Shown piece by piece: positions 17,545-27,064 of a DNA stretch of 64,000 nt (position 1 is its first letter; each line of letters begins with the position of its first letter). The stretch covers positions 241,719-305,718 of the forward strand of contig JAKAJD010000002.1 in NCBI GenBank assembly GCA_021813945.1, in the 5' to 3' direction. The notes under the pieces are model-generated. The model ran no database searches, was not told where the DNA came from, and saw only the letters and a list, made by a program, of their open reading frames with translations. Origin of the DNA: a bacterium. GTDB taxonomy: Bacteria > Patescibacteriota > Microgenomatia > Curtissbacterales > GWA2-41-24. The position numbers and the translations under genes were made by a program.

Positions 17545-18891
17545 ATGATAGTTTCTAAATTCGGCGGTACATCTGTTGCTACGGCCCAAAAAATTTCGAA
17601 TCTCTGTCAAATTACAAAAAAAAGTCTTGCAAAAGATCCTGTAATTGTCGTTTCGGCTGTAGCCGGTGTAACAGATTTACTTTCGGAAATACCGGAAAAT
17701 CCAAACAATGCCAAATCAAAAATAGAAAGGATTCGAAAAATTCATTATGATCTGATAAGCAATCTTTTTAAAAATACTCAATCGAATGAGATAAAAAACT
17801 ACATCAACCAAGAGCTTGCAGATCTTTCAAAACACACAAGAAAAAAAATTTACGACAAATCGGAAATAGATAAAATTCTTGCCTTTGGTGAAATAATGTC
17901 CTCTCACATCATTGCCAAAGCTCTTGAAAGTTCCGGTATTCCTGCCAGGCAAATCGTTGCATCGGATGTAATAGTTACCAATGATAATTTTGGATCTGCA
18001 GATTTTCTCCCGGCTCCAACAAAAAAGAAAACAAAAAAAGTCCTTTTGCCAATCATTAAAGAAAAAATTGTTCCGGTTGTAACAGGATTTATCGGGACCA
18101 GCAAAAATGGCAAATTAACTACTCTCGGTCGCGGAGGATCCGACTACACAGCGGCAATAATCGGATTCTCCCTAAATGCCAAAGAGATTGAAATTTGGAC
18201 AGATGTTGACGGAATTTTTACAACGGATCCTAAGGTAGCCCCAAAAGCCAAACTGATCCGGCAAATTTCCTACAAGGAAGCTTCTGAGCTCGCCGCATTT
18301 GGTGCCAAAGTCCTTCACCCCAGAACAATAAAACCGGCGATAAAAGCTGGTATTGCTGTTCGTGTTTTAAACACACAAGATCCAAACTGTCAGGGAACTT
18401 TAATTTGCGATAAACCGGATCTAAAAAATCCTATTACAGCAATTTCTTTCAAAAGAAAAATTACTCTAATCAATATCTATTCAACGGAGATGTTGTTTAA
18501 AAAAGGATTTTTAGCAAAGATTTTTAAAGTTTTTGCAAAATACAATATCTCAATCGATTTAGTAAGCGTCTCAGAGGTAACTGTCTCTGTCACTTTGGAA
18601 AATCATGATCACCTTGCAAAAGCACTTGATGAACTATCAAAATTTTCCTCTGTGTCGGCAAACACCAATTACGGAATGATTTCATTAATAGGTGAGGGAA
18701 TTGTTACTTCTTCTGAAACCATAAAGAAAATTTTTGACATTTTAGATGAAAGGAAAATATTAGTTAAGATGATTTCTTTAGGTGCAAGTGATATTAATGT
18801 TGGCCTGGTGCTACAATACAACCGAATAGAAGAAGCCGTAAACGTCTTGCACAATAAATTGTTGATCAAAAACTTAAACAACGCAAAATGA
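17545..18891 (+). CDS. lysC: aspartate kinase
   Basis: KFGGTSVA motif; amino-acid kinase domain plus C-terminal ACT repeats. Confidence 0.85.
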   Translation: MIVSKFGGTSVATAQKISNLCQITKKSLAKDPVIVVSAVAGVTDLLSEIPENPNNAKSKIERIRKIHYDLISNLFKNTQSNEIKNYINQELADLSKHTRKKIYDKSEIDKILAFGEIMSSHIIAKALESSGIPARQIVASDVIVTNDNFGSADFLPAPTKKKTKKVLLPIIKEKIVPVVTGFIGTSKNGKLTTLGRGGSDYTAAIIGFSLNAKEIEIWTDVDGIFTTDPKVAPKAKLIRQISYKEASELAAFGAKVLHPRTIKPAIKAGIAVRVLNTQDPNCQGTLICDKPDLKNPITAISFKRKITLINIYSTEMLFKKGFLAKIFKVFAKYNISIDLVSVSEVTVSVTLENHDHLAKALDELSKFSSVSANTNYGMISLIGEGIVTSSETIKKIFDILDERKILVKMISLGASDINVGLVLQYNRIEEAVNVLHNKLLIKNLNNAK

Positions 18892-19625
18892 AAATAGCAC
18901 TTGTTGGTTATGGCAACATGGGCCAAGAAATTGAAAACTTGGTCAAAAACTATCCGGACTACTCAATAGTCTCAATAAGTTACAAAAAAATTACAGACAA
19001 GCTCGACACATCAGGAATAAAGAAATCCGACGTCGTCATCGATTTCACATCGCCAGAAATTGTTGTAGATAACATCAAAAAAATTCTAGCGATGAAGAAA
19101 AAATTGGTCATTGGCACCACAGGCTGGTACGAAAAACTCAATGATGTTAAATCACTGGTTAAAAAAAATAACGGAGGCCTAATTTATGCAAAAAACTTTT
19201 CAGTTGGAGCCAATATTTTTTTCAAGATAATATCTGAAAGCAGTAAATTGTTTAATAAGTATGAAGGATACGATGTTTATGGATTGGAGGTTCATCATAA
19301 AGGCAAAAAAGACAGTCCAAGCGGTACTGCCAAAAAAATTTCTGATCTTATAATCAGCTCTTACAAGTATAAAAAGAATGCTCAATTCGAAAAACTAGAT
19401 CGCCAAGTAGCAAAGGAGGAAATTCACTTTGCATCAGTTCGCGGCGGTAACAATCCGGGTTACCATGAGGTAACTTTTGACAGTTTAGCTGACGAAATAA
19501 AACTTTCGCATCAAGCACATAACAGAAGAGGCTTTGCTCAAGGTGCATTACTTGCAGCCAAGTTTATAATAAAAAACAAAGGTTTATGGTCTTTTGAAGA
19601 TTTATTCGAGAAAGGAAAGATCTAA
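18888..19625 (+). CDS. dapB: 4-hydroxy-tetrahydrodipicolinate reductase
   Basis: N-terminal GYGNMG Rossmann motif and the EVHHKGKKDSPSGTA signature. Confidence 0.85.
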   Translation: MKIALVGYGNMGQEIENLVKNYPDYSIVSISYKKITDKLDTSGIKKSDVVIDFTSPEIVVDNIKKILAMKKKLVIGTTGWYEKLNDVKSLVKKNNGGLIYAKNFSVGANIFFKIISESSKLFNKYEGYDVYGLEVHHKGKKDSPSGTAKKISDLIISSYKYKKNAQFEKLDRQVAKEEIHFASVRGGNNPGYHEVTFDSLADEIKLSHQAHNRRGFAQGALLAAKFIIKNKGLWSFEDLFEKGKI

Positions 19626-20515
19626 TGAAAATTAAAAAAATAACAGGAACAATTCCCGCAATGGTTACACCTTTTGACGACAAGAAAAATCTTGATATTT
19701 CCGCACTGAGGAACCTAATCAAATTTTTACTATCAGGCGGAATAGATGCCATTGTTCCGTGCGGATCAACAGGGGAAGCAGCTACTCTCAATCTCGAAGA
19801 ATATGAAACTGTTGTTAGAACCACAGTCGAGCAAGTGGCCGGCAAAATTCCGGTTATTGCTGGCGCCGGGAGCAACGACACCCAAAAAGCCGTTCATCTT
19901 TCACAAATCGCCAAAAAAGCGGGAGCCGATGTCTTACTTCATGTTTCACCCTATTACAACAAGCCGACAAATGACGGGCTGGTTGCACATTTCAAGCAAA
20001 TTGCCAAATCGATCGACTTGCCTATTGTAATTTACAACGTTCCCGGCAGAACTGGATCCAATATAAGCGCTGAAACTACTCTCAGAATTGCCAAAGAGGT
20101 ACCTCATGTAATTGGTATTAAAGAAGCATCAGGCAATATCGGCCAAATGATGGAAATTATAAAAAGTGCTCCCAAGGATTTTTCAGTTCTTTCCGGTGAC
20201 GATGCGATAACCCTTCCTCTAATTTCCGTTGGTGGTGTCGGAATAATATCAGTTGCTGCCAATGAAATCCCAAAAGAAATGACAAATATGGTCAATGCTG
20301 CACTGGAGGGAGATTTCAAAAAAGCCAAAAAAATCCACTACGAAATTTTAGACCTTATGAATGGAAACTTTATTGAAACAAATCCAATCCCTGTTAAAAC
20401 TGCGCTTTTCATGATGGGCAAAATTAAAGAAAATTTTAGGCTTCCACTTGTGCCAATGGCAGCCAAAAACAAAGAAACCTTATCTCAAATCCTTAAAAAA
20501 CTTTCCTTAATATAA
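19625..20515 (+). CDS. dapA: 4-hydroxy-tetrahydrodipicolinate synthase
   Basis: GSTGEAATL motif, catalytic Lys region, TIM-barrel DapA family. Confidence 0.85.
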   Translation: MKIKKITGTIPAMVTPFDDKKNLDISALRNLIKFLLSGGIDAIVPCGSTGEAATLNLEEYETVVRTTVEQVAGKIPVIAGAGSNDTQKAVHLSQIAKKAGADVLLHVSPYYNKPTNDGLVAHFKQIAKSIDLPIVIYNVPGRTGSNISAETTLRIAKEVPHVIGIKEASGNIGQMMEIIKSAPKDFSVLSGDDAITLPLISVGGVGIISVAANEIPKEMTNMVNAALEGDFKKAKKIHYEILDLMNGNFIETNPIPVKTALFMMGKIKENFRLPLVPMAAKNKETLSQILKKLSLI

Positions 20516-21565
20516 ATGGTCAAGATAAAAGTTGGAATACTCGGTTCAACAGGTGCTGTCGGCCAAAGGTTTGTCCAGCTTCTCGAAAATCATCCTTGGT
20601 TTGAGGTGATTGCTGTTTGCGCGTCGGAAAGGAGCTCAGGCAAAACCTATAAAGAGGCCGCAAATTGGAAAATTAGTTCTAAAATTCCATCAAAAATTGC
20701 AAATTTAAAAGTAAGGTCGTGTGAACCTAACTTTGGTGCCCAATTAGTTTTCTCCGGCCTTGACTCATCCGTAGCCGGCGAAATAGAAGACAATTTTGCA
20801 AATCAAGGCTACATTGTCGTCAGCAATTCCAAAAATCACCGCATGGAAAAAGATGTTCCGCTTCTAATCCCGGAAGTTAATCCGGATCATTTAGCACTTA
20901 TCAAACTTCAACAAAAAAGACGCCAAAGTAAAGGATTTATTGTTACCAATCCAAATTGCACAACTGTAGGATTGGCAATGGTTCTTAAGCCACTCCATGA
21001 TGCTTTCACCATCAAATCTATCGCGGTTACTTCCATGCAAGCATTGTCCGGAGCCGGTTATCCCGGTGTTTCCTCTCTTGACGCTTTAGACAACGTCATT
21101 CCTTTTATAGGCGGCGAGGAGGAAAAAGTAGAAACCGAGCCTCTAAAGTTACTCGGAACAGTTAAAAACGGTCAGGTTATATTTGCTCCTTTAAAAATAA
21201 GCGCATCCTGCAACCGGGTTTCCGTAAGGGATGGTCATATGGAATCTGTAGAATTAATCTTTTCAAAGAAGCCGGAAATCTCTCAAGTTATTAAAGTTTT
21301 AAGCCAATTTAAAGGCGTGCCGCAAAAGTTTGAATTACCTTCAGCTCCACCAGCGCCAATCGTTGTTACGGAAGATGAAACAAGACCTCAGCCGGTTTTG
21401 GATCGGGATATCGAGAACGGAATGTCCGTTGTAGTTGGCAGAATCCGTAAATCTAATGTATCGGATTTAAAGCTCACACTGTTAGTCCACAACACTATCC
21501 GTGGCGCAGCCGGAGCGGCTATATTGAATGCCGAATTGCTCCAAGCTAAAGGATTTTTAAACTAG
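20516..21565 (+). CDS. asd: aspartate-semialdehyde dehydrogenase
   Basis: GSTGAVGQ Rossmann motif and NPNCTT active-site cysteine motif. Confidence 0.85.
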   Translation: MVKIKVGILGSTGAVGQRFVQLLENHPWFEVIAVCASERSSGKTYKEAANWKISSKIPSKIANLKVRSCEPNFGAQLVFSGLDSSVAGEIEDNFANQGYIVVSNSKNHRMEKDVPLLIPEVNPDHLALIKLQQKRRQSKGFIVTNPNCTTVGLAMVLKPLHDAFTIKSIAVTSMQALSGAGYPGVSSLDALDNVIPFIGGEEEKVETEPLKLLGTVKNGQVIFAPLKISASCNRVSVRDGHMESVELIFSKKPEISQVIKVLSQFKGVPQKFELPSAPPAPIVVTEDETRPQPVLDRDIENGMSVVVGRIRKSNVSDLKLTLLVHNTIRGAAGAAILNAELLQAKGFLN

Positions 21566-21697
21566 GTTTTGACAATTTAAAAAATTACAAGTAGAATTCT
21601 CTTTCCTGCCTCGTAGAATAAGCTTACATATTTATTACATGATTTACTTATTCTATTAATGTAAAGACTGTAGTGTCTTAAGATTAAGGAGTCAAAA

Positions 21698-23014
21698 ATG
21701 TCAAGTATTGGAGAAAGAATTGCAGAACGCAGATTTGTAAACAAACAGACGCTTTTAAGTGGAGCTGCTGGTCTTGGTCTTAGCGTGGCAGCAATTGGGG
21801 GACAAATTCAGAACATAGGTAGGCATAGCGAGAGCCCGACTACGCCAACAGGCATGTCACGCAGCGCTGACCACAAAATCACTATTTGCCACAATGCGGA
21901 TGATAATAAGACCGTTGTGATCACAATAGACAAAAATGGACTCAAAGGCCACGATCATCACGGTGATACTACGCAGGCACCAAACGATAGCTGCCCTCCA
22001 GGCGAAGAAACAAACACCCCGACTCCAATTCCATCAGAAATATCAGAAACAGCAACTGCAACGGCAATGGCCACAGAAACTCAAGAACCTACAAATACCA
22101 GTACAGCAGAACCGACATCTACTTCAACACCTTTTCCCGAATTTCCAGGCTGCGAAGATCAAACCGAGCCGGGTGATATTGCACATTACGACACCGGCCT
22201 GCATTGGATTGTGGGGGACGGACTAAAGAAAGGACGAGATGATGTATACAGTGTGCCAGGCGGGAATGCTCTGCAGTGTTTTTGTCCACCACAAGACGAA
22301 TTTGTTCAAGGCGATGAAGGTATCCAGACTAACTGGATAAAAACAGATGATGGCGATAAAGAAAATATGCCCCCAGAAGTGTTTGGTTATTTCAGGATGT
22401 GGGGTCCGGATTTTGGCCTTGATAATAAGTGGTATTATGCATCCGGTGCCGATAAACCTTCCCCGACAACACCTAATTTTGACTGTAACCCAGAAGCGCC
22501 TACTACAACTCCAACAGACACCCCTGAACCAACGGATACTCCACGCGCTACCGATACACCGGTTCCAACTGATACGGCTCAACCCACTGATACTCCAACA
22601 TCAAATCCGACAGAGACCTTTACTGCTGTAGCAACCAATACACCCCAACCCACAGATACTCCAGAACCGACAGATACACCGGAGGCAACCGACACGGCAG
22701 AACCGACAGATACACCAGTTCATATAGTAAGGTCTGCAACACCGACTTCAAGTCCTACAGAAAGTCCAACCCCGAAAGCCGTCAAAGCAAAGCCATCACC
22801 TAAGCCAACGGAAACACCCGAAATCATAGTAAAAGAAGGGCCTACAAAAGGCTTACCGAATGCTGGAAATCCTGGAAACACAAGAGTCAACTTAATTTAT
22901 TCGGCAATGTTGGCAGCATCCGGAGTAACGCTTGCCGGGGCCGGCCTAAAGTATAGACCGGGCAGAAGATCAAGAACAAGAGAATCCATAGCAGAGGCCC
23001 TCAGAAGAAGATAA
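21698..23014 (+). CDS. cell-surface protein with Thr/Pro-rich tandem repeats and an LPxxG-type sorting signal
   Basis: AAGGAG SD; N-terminal hydrophobic segment; (P/A)TDTP(E/V) repeats; C-terminal LPNAG + hydrophobic helix + RRSRTRE tail. Confidence 0.6.
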   Translation: MSSIGERIAERRFVNKQTLLSGAAGLGLSVAAIGGQIQNIGRHSESPTTPTGMSRSADHKITICHNADDNKTVVITIDKNGLKGHDHHGDTTQAPNDSCPPGEETNTPTPIPSEISETATATAMATETQEPTNTSTAEPTSTSTPFPEFPGCEDQTEPGDIAHYDTGLHWIVGDGLKKGRDDVYSVPGGNALQCFCPPQDEFVQGDEGIQTNWIKTDDGDKENMPPEVFGYFRMWGPDFGLDNKWYYASGADKPSPTTPNFDCNPEAPTTTPTDTPEPTDTPRATDTPVPTDTAQPTDTPTSNPTETFTAVATNTPQPTDTPEPTDTPEATDTAEPTDTPVHIVRSATPTSSPTESPTPKAVKAKPSPKPTETPEIIVKEGPTKGLPNAGNPGNTRVNLIYSAMLAASGVTLAGAGLKYRPGRRSRTRESIAEALRRR

Positions 23015-23057
23015 ACCGATTTTGCTCCCTACGACCATTCTAGCGCTTTAAATTATT

Positions 23058-23801
23058 TCAACGCACGTACGTAAGGTGAAGTCCGCCATCAACTCGTATA
23101 ACTTCACCAGTCATAGCATCGTTTTTCAAAAGCTCAACTACCATTGTTGCGATTTCCTCTGCCTTAATAAATCTTTTAATTTTTGTTAAATTCGCACAAG
23201 CATCAAGTTCTTCTTTGGAAGTGCTCTCCCATGGCGGAGTCCAAACGTAACCCGGCGCAATTGCGTTTACTAAAATTTCCGGTCCATACTCTTTTGCCAA
23301 ATTCATGGTTAAACTACTAACAGCCGCCTTTGCTGCCGAATATTGTGGCGCCTCTGGATTTCCCATCTCAGAAATTCCATAAACCGAAGAAATATTTATG
23401 ATCTTCCTTATCCCTTTTGATTTTTCATAGTTAATAAAGCCGTTAGACACATAGACTTGGCTCATTAATATATTTTTGAATTGCGATTCCCAAACTTCAA
23501 AATTGCCAAAATCTCCGCCTTCATACTCTCCAGCATTATTTATCAGAGCATCTAACGAATATCCTTTCTTCCTAATATCAGAAAATAATTTTCCGACCCC
23601 ATTCTTATTTGAAAGATCTGCCTGAAAAATTTCACCTTTTGCCAATTTTTGGGCCTTTTTAAGGGTATCCAATGCGCCTGTTTTGTTTTTGCGAAAATTT
23701 ATAAGAACAGTTACTTCTTGCTTCGCCAACTCTACAGCAATTGCTTGGCCAATTCCGCTCGATGCGCCAGTGACTAAAACTGTTTTGCCCACTAAATTCA
23801 T
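23058..23801 (-). CDS. SDR-family oxidoreductase
   Basis: TGASSGIG cofactor motif; YxxxK catalytic region. Confidence 0.75.
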   Translation of the reverse strand: MNLVGKTVLVTGASSGIGQAIAVELAKQEVTVLINFRKNKTGALDTLKKAQKLAKGEIFQADLSNKNGVGKLFSDIRKKGYSLDALINNAGEYEGGDFGNFEVWESQFKNILMSQVYVSNGFINYEKSKGIRKIINISSVYGISEMGNPEAPQYSAAKAAVSSLTMNLAKEYGPEILVNAIAPGYVWTPPWESTSKEELDACANLTKIKRFIKAEEIATMVVELLKNDAMTGEVIRVDGGLHLTYVR

Positions 23802-23822
23802 AATTTAAGAATATTTTAGCAG

Positions 23823-24113
23823 CTAAGTAGAAATATTACGAAAGTACAAAGTAGAAAGAATCGTAAGAAAAGTTAATGCGCCGGCCAGTCCATTGCTTAT
23901 CATTATGAAACGATCTTTAGTAAAAAAACCGTGTGTCGAAAAACCGAGTTGTACAAAAAGTAATATTGCCAAAAACAGTAGCGAAAGGCCAGCGGTTTGA
24001 TGTGTTTGCCAAATTTGAAAAAATTGCGGAAGAGTCATTATTGGATTCACAATGCTTACAACCCAAATGATTTTCGCCCAACAAACCTTTTTTGCAAATT
24101 CTCCTCTCGTCAT
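23823..24113 (-). CDS. small membrane protein, hypothetical
   Basis: 96 aa, three hydrophobic helices. Confidence 0.3.
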   Translation of the reverse strand: MTRGEFAKKVCWAKIIWVVSIVNPIMTLPQFFQIWQTHQTAGLSLLFLAILLFVQLGFSTHGFFTKDRFIMISNGLAGALTFLTILSTLYFRNIST

Positions 24114-24122
24114 ATTCAGACT

Positions 24123-24866
24123 TTATTTTCCCGCAATCATATAGCCCCCGTCAACAAGAATTGTTTGGCCAGTTATAAAACTTGCCCGGTCGCTGACTAA
24201 AAAAAGTAAAACCTCCGCAATTTCGGAAGGGTCGGCGGTTCTACCAAGAAGTGCAGTTTTTACTTGTTTCAAAACACTTTCAGTCCACAGTTTTGCCATG
24301 CCGGTTTGTACAAAACCAGGAGAAACAGCATTGATTGTAATTTCCGGGGCCAAGTCTTTTGCCAGTGCAGCGGTGAGCGCCACGATACTTGCTTTGGAGG
24401 CTGTATAGGCCAAACGACTGTTACTCGATGTAGTCGCATGCCCACGGATTGAAGAAATGTTAACAATGCGCCCTTTTGCGGCCTTTTTCATAAAAGGCAC
24501 TACCGCTTGGCAAAAATGGACAGTCCCCAAAACATTAACTTGGTAAGTTTCCAACCAGTTTTCATCACCCAAATCGTATAGTGTTCCCGGAAGAGCAATA
24601 CCGGCACAGTTAATAAGAGCATCAATTTTTTTATGCTTTTTGATTACCTTACTAACTGCTTCAGAAACAGCCTTAAAATCCGCTACGTTGCAAAAAATAT
24701 AATCTGCGCGAAGTTCCTTCGCTATAGCCTTTAGGTGGTCGCTTTCTTCTCTGCCGTGCACAACAACAGTCGCGCCATAATCTTGTGCAAGTTTTGCCGT
24801 TGCAGCACCAATCCCGCTTGAAGAGCCGCTAATAAGAACGACTTTTCCTTCTAACATATTTTTCAT
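24123..24866 (-). CDS. SDR-family oxidoreductase (FabG-like)
   Basis: SGSSSGIG motif; NAG...; YxxSK. Confidence 0.75.
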   Translation of the reverse strand: MKNMLEGKVVLISGSSSGIGAATAKLAQDYGATVVVHGREESDHLKAIAKELRADYIFCNVADFKAVSEAVSKVIKKHKKIDALINCAGIALPGTLYDLGDENWLETYQVNVLGTVHFCQAVVPFMKKAAKGRIVNISSIRGHATTSSNSRLAYTASKASIVALTAALAKDLAPEITINAVSPGFVQTGMAKLWTESVLKQVKTALLGRTADPSEIAEVLLFLVSDRASFITGQTILVDGGYMIAGK

Positions 24867-25324
24867 AGAATAAATTCTTGTTTTTCGACGTCGGGGAAAT
24901 TAACGCGGTCAAAAATTACAAATCTTGTTGGTTTAAATCGATACAATTTATGTGGATTTTTGCTTTCCAGAAATTCCTGATACCAATCTTCTCCGCGGTT
25001 AAACTTATCGGAATATAACTTAACTTTTGCCTTTATTTCGTTGGCATCTTCAACAATATTAGCTTCACCTTCTGCCTGAAGACCAACAACAGTTAAATCG
25101 TCAAACTTAACCGGAATCGCCAGCGCTACTTTTGGGTTTTGGGCAATTTCCTGACTGTGTCTTGTGTCAGCCTTACTGATCCAATAAATGTTCATCTCCC
25201 TATCGCTAGCAAAATAAAGTGTGCAATTCCAAGGTTGATTGTTCGCACAAGTTGCAAGCTGCATCATGCGCGCTTCTTTTAAATAATTAGGGATTAATTC
25301 TTTTAGGTCTTCGCTCACGCTCAA
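24863..25324 (-). CDS. pyridoxamine 5'-phosphate oxidase-like FMN-binding protein
   Basis: PNPOx-like split-barrel pattern (MMQLATC..., general stress protein 26-like). Confidence 0.55.
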   Translation of the reverse strand: MSVSEDLKELIPNYLKEARMMQLATCANNQPWNCTLYFASDREMNIYWISKADTRHSQEIAQNPKVALAIPVKFDDLTVVGLQAEGEANIVEDANEIKAKVKLYSDKFNRGEDWYQEFLESKNPHKLYRFKPTRFVIFDRVNFPDVEKQEFIL

Positions 25325-25349
25325 TTTATATCATACTGGCAATCAAAAT

Positions 25350-26267
25350 TCACTCCGGCTGCCGCTGAAGATTATTCCAAAGAATCTGGTAAGTGTTATT
25401 GGGCGTTCGGTAGATGGCATTGGCAATTTTGCCCACTTGTTTTTCGACAACTAAATTAATAAAGTCTCGGCATTTGTCACTTATTTCGCAGTCATTGCCG
25501 ATAACTGAATCGCCTAATCCATCTTGGATAGCATTCATTTCCGAGCGAAGAGCAGGTAAGTGGCGCGAAAAATAATCACATCTGGCTGTCTGACCGCCTA
25601 AATCAGCAAGCCTCGCACACATCCTAATTATCTGAGCTTCCTTCCTTTCCTCAGGGGGTATTGTGTCAAGTGTTTCGCGGGCTTCACGTTCCTGTTCGTT
25701 AGTATAGGGAAATTTTGTTGCGGCAATCGCAAGTTCTGCCATTTTCTCAATTTTGCCTGAGTTTAAAAACGCTGGTAACTTGATCTGCCTTATAGCATCT
25801 TTCATTGCCCGTATACTTTCTTCAACATGAATTGGTGTTCTTGCAGCATAATTTTCTCCTTCCCTAGCTTCAAAAACATATCCTGCGTCATGATATATAA
25901 GACCAATAATTTCACCTATTACACCCTCTCTTGTTAAATGCCGCGAAAGGGCATCATTTCTATTAAGTACTGCAGTTAAAATGGTGATTCCATCGTAAGG
26001 CGCTTGATGGACGGCGTGGCTTACATTGTGATAATAAAGATTGGCGCCCTCCTCACCTTTTGCACGGGCAGTCGTTTCCCCGGCGAACATCTCTTCTGCA
26101 TGGGCGAAAAAACGAGAAAGCGAGTGAGAAACAATGGTTTTGTTTGTGCCCACAAAAAGCGGCTCGGACAAAAGTTTATCTACAGCTCTTCCAAATTCCC
26201 AATGGATTACAGATGGCTCTTCTGTTCCCGTAAACGGATAATGTCCGATTCGATATTCCCTTTCCAT
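25350..26267 (-). CDS. HD-domain phosphohydrolase, hypothetical substrate
   Basis: H..H...H (YHNVSHAVH) followed ~40 aa later by HD (LIYHDAGY). Confidence 0.5.
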   Translation of the reverse strand: MEREYRIGHYPFTGTEEPSVIHWEFGRAVDKLLSEPLFVGTNKTIVSHSLSRFFAHAEEMFAGETTARAKGEEGANLYYHNVSHAVHQAPYDGITILTAVLNRNDALSRHLTREGVIGEIIGLIYHDAGYVFEAREGENYAARTPIHVEESIRAMKDAIRQIKLPAFLNSGKIEKMAELAIAATKFPYTNEQEREARETLDTIPPEERKEAQIIRMCARLADLGGQTARCDYFSRHLPALRSEMNAIQDGLGDSVIGNDCEISDKCRDFINLVVEKQVGKIANAIYRTPNNTYQILWNNLQRQPE

Positions 26268-26304
26268 TCTGAGTAAATTTTATAGGGATTTTGTTTAGAT
26301 TTCA

Positions 26305-26318
26305 GTTCCCTAGGGAAC
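26305..26318. promoter_or_regulatory. perfect palindrome GTTCCCTAGGGAAC (5-4-5) in the HD-gene promoter, candidate operator of the adjacent Crp/Fnr regulator
   Basis: Centred ~42 nt upstream of the inferred TSS of the HD gene, -10 TATAAAAT on minus. Confidence 0.45.
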
Positions 26319-26321
26319 AAA

Positions 26322-26954
26322 CTATAGAACCTTTATTTTTTTGTGGGAAAGTTCGATTTTGCCTTCTGTTTGGAGATTGTCCAAAATTTCTGTGACGCGT
26401 GCGCGTGTTCCTCCGACTACATTTGAAAGTTCTTCTTGGCTTAAAGTGATTTCCCCATTTGGAAAATATTTTGAAAGTATTTCCAAAACATGCCATGTTC
26501 TATGCGGCAATTTTTGAGACATTGATTCTTCCATAAATTCCCCAAGTTTTCTGACCCGGTTTGTCAGAATTAAAATGAGCTGGTATGCAATATCCGGATA
26601 TTTTGTCATTAAATTTTTAAAATCGCCTCCCGCAAGAGTTAAAAACTTGGAAGGTGCCAAAGTTTCTACGTTTGCAGACCTTACCCCGCCGTCTACAAAT
26701 GCCATTTCGCCTATAACTTCGCCCGGTCCGCAAATTGACAAATTAACTTCGGTGCCTTCTTGGGTGATTCTATATATCCGAACGCTGCCGCTCACAAGAA
26801 AATAGGTGATATCCGGTTCGGTTTCCTGCTCGATAATAATCGTATTTGAATCAAACTCTTTTTCGGATACTGCCTGGGCTATTACTTTAAGATCCTCATT
26901 TTTGAGGTCCTTAAAAAAGCCGAACGTTTTTAAATTATTTACCTTGTCGTCCAC
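26322..26954 (-). CDS. Crp/Fnr-family transcriptional regulator (cNMP-binding domain + HTH)
   Basis: GEVIGEMAF beta-roll motif; C-terminal HTH (LSQEELSNVVGGTRARVTEIL); GTG start with TATAGT-N6. Confidence 0.8.
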   Translation of the reverse strand: MDDKVNNLKTFGFFKDLKNEDLKVIAQAVSEKEFDSNTIIIEQETEPDITYFLVSGSVRIYRITQEGTEVNLSICGPGEVIGEMAFVDGGVRSANVETLAPSKFLTLAGGDFKNLMTKYPDIAYQLILILTNRVRKLGEFMEESMSQKLPHRTWHVLEILSKYFPNGEITLSQEELSNVVGGTRARVTEILDNLQTEGKIELSHKKIKVL

Positions 26955-26988
26955 GATAAAACTATAAGATCAATTTTAGCAATTGTCT

Positions 26989-27002
26989 GTTCCTTTGGGA
27001 AC
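26989..27002. promoter_or_regulatory. palindrome GTTCC-TTTG-GGAAC, second copy of the candidate Crp/Fnr operator
   Basis: Centred ~41 nt upstream of the regulator's own leaderless start and ~68 nt upstream of the divergent kinase gene. Confidence 0.45.
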
Positions 27003-27064
27003 AAAGATAAACTAAAAAGCTTATAGTTTGTGATTAAAGAATAATTTCTGTATAATTGCAAACT

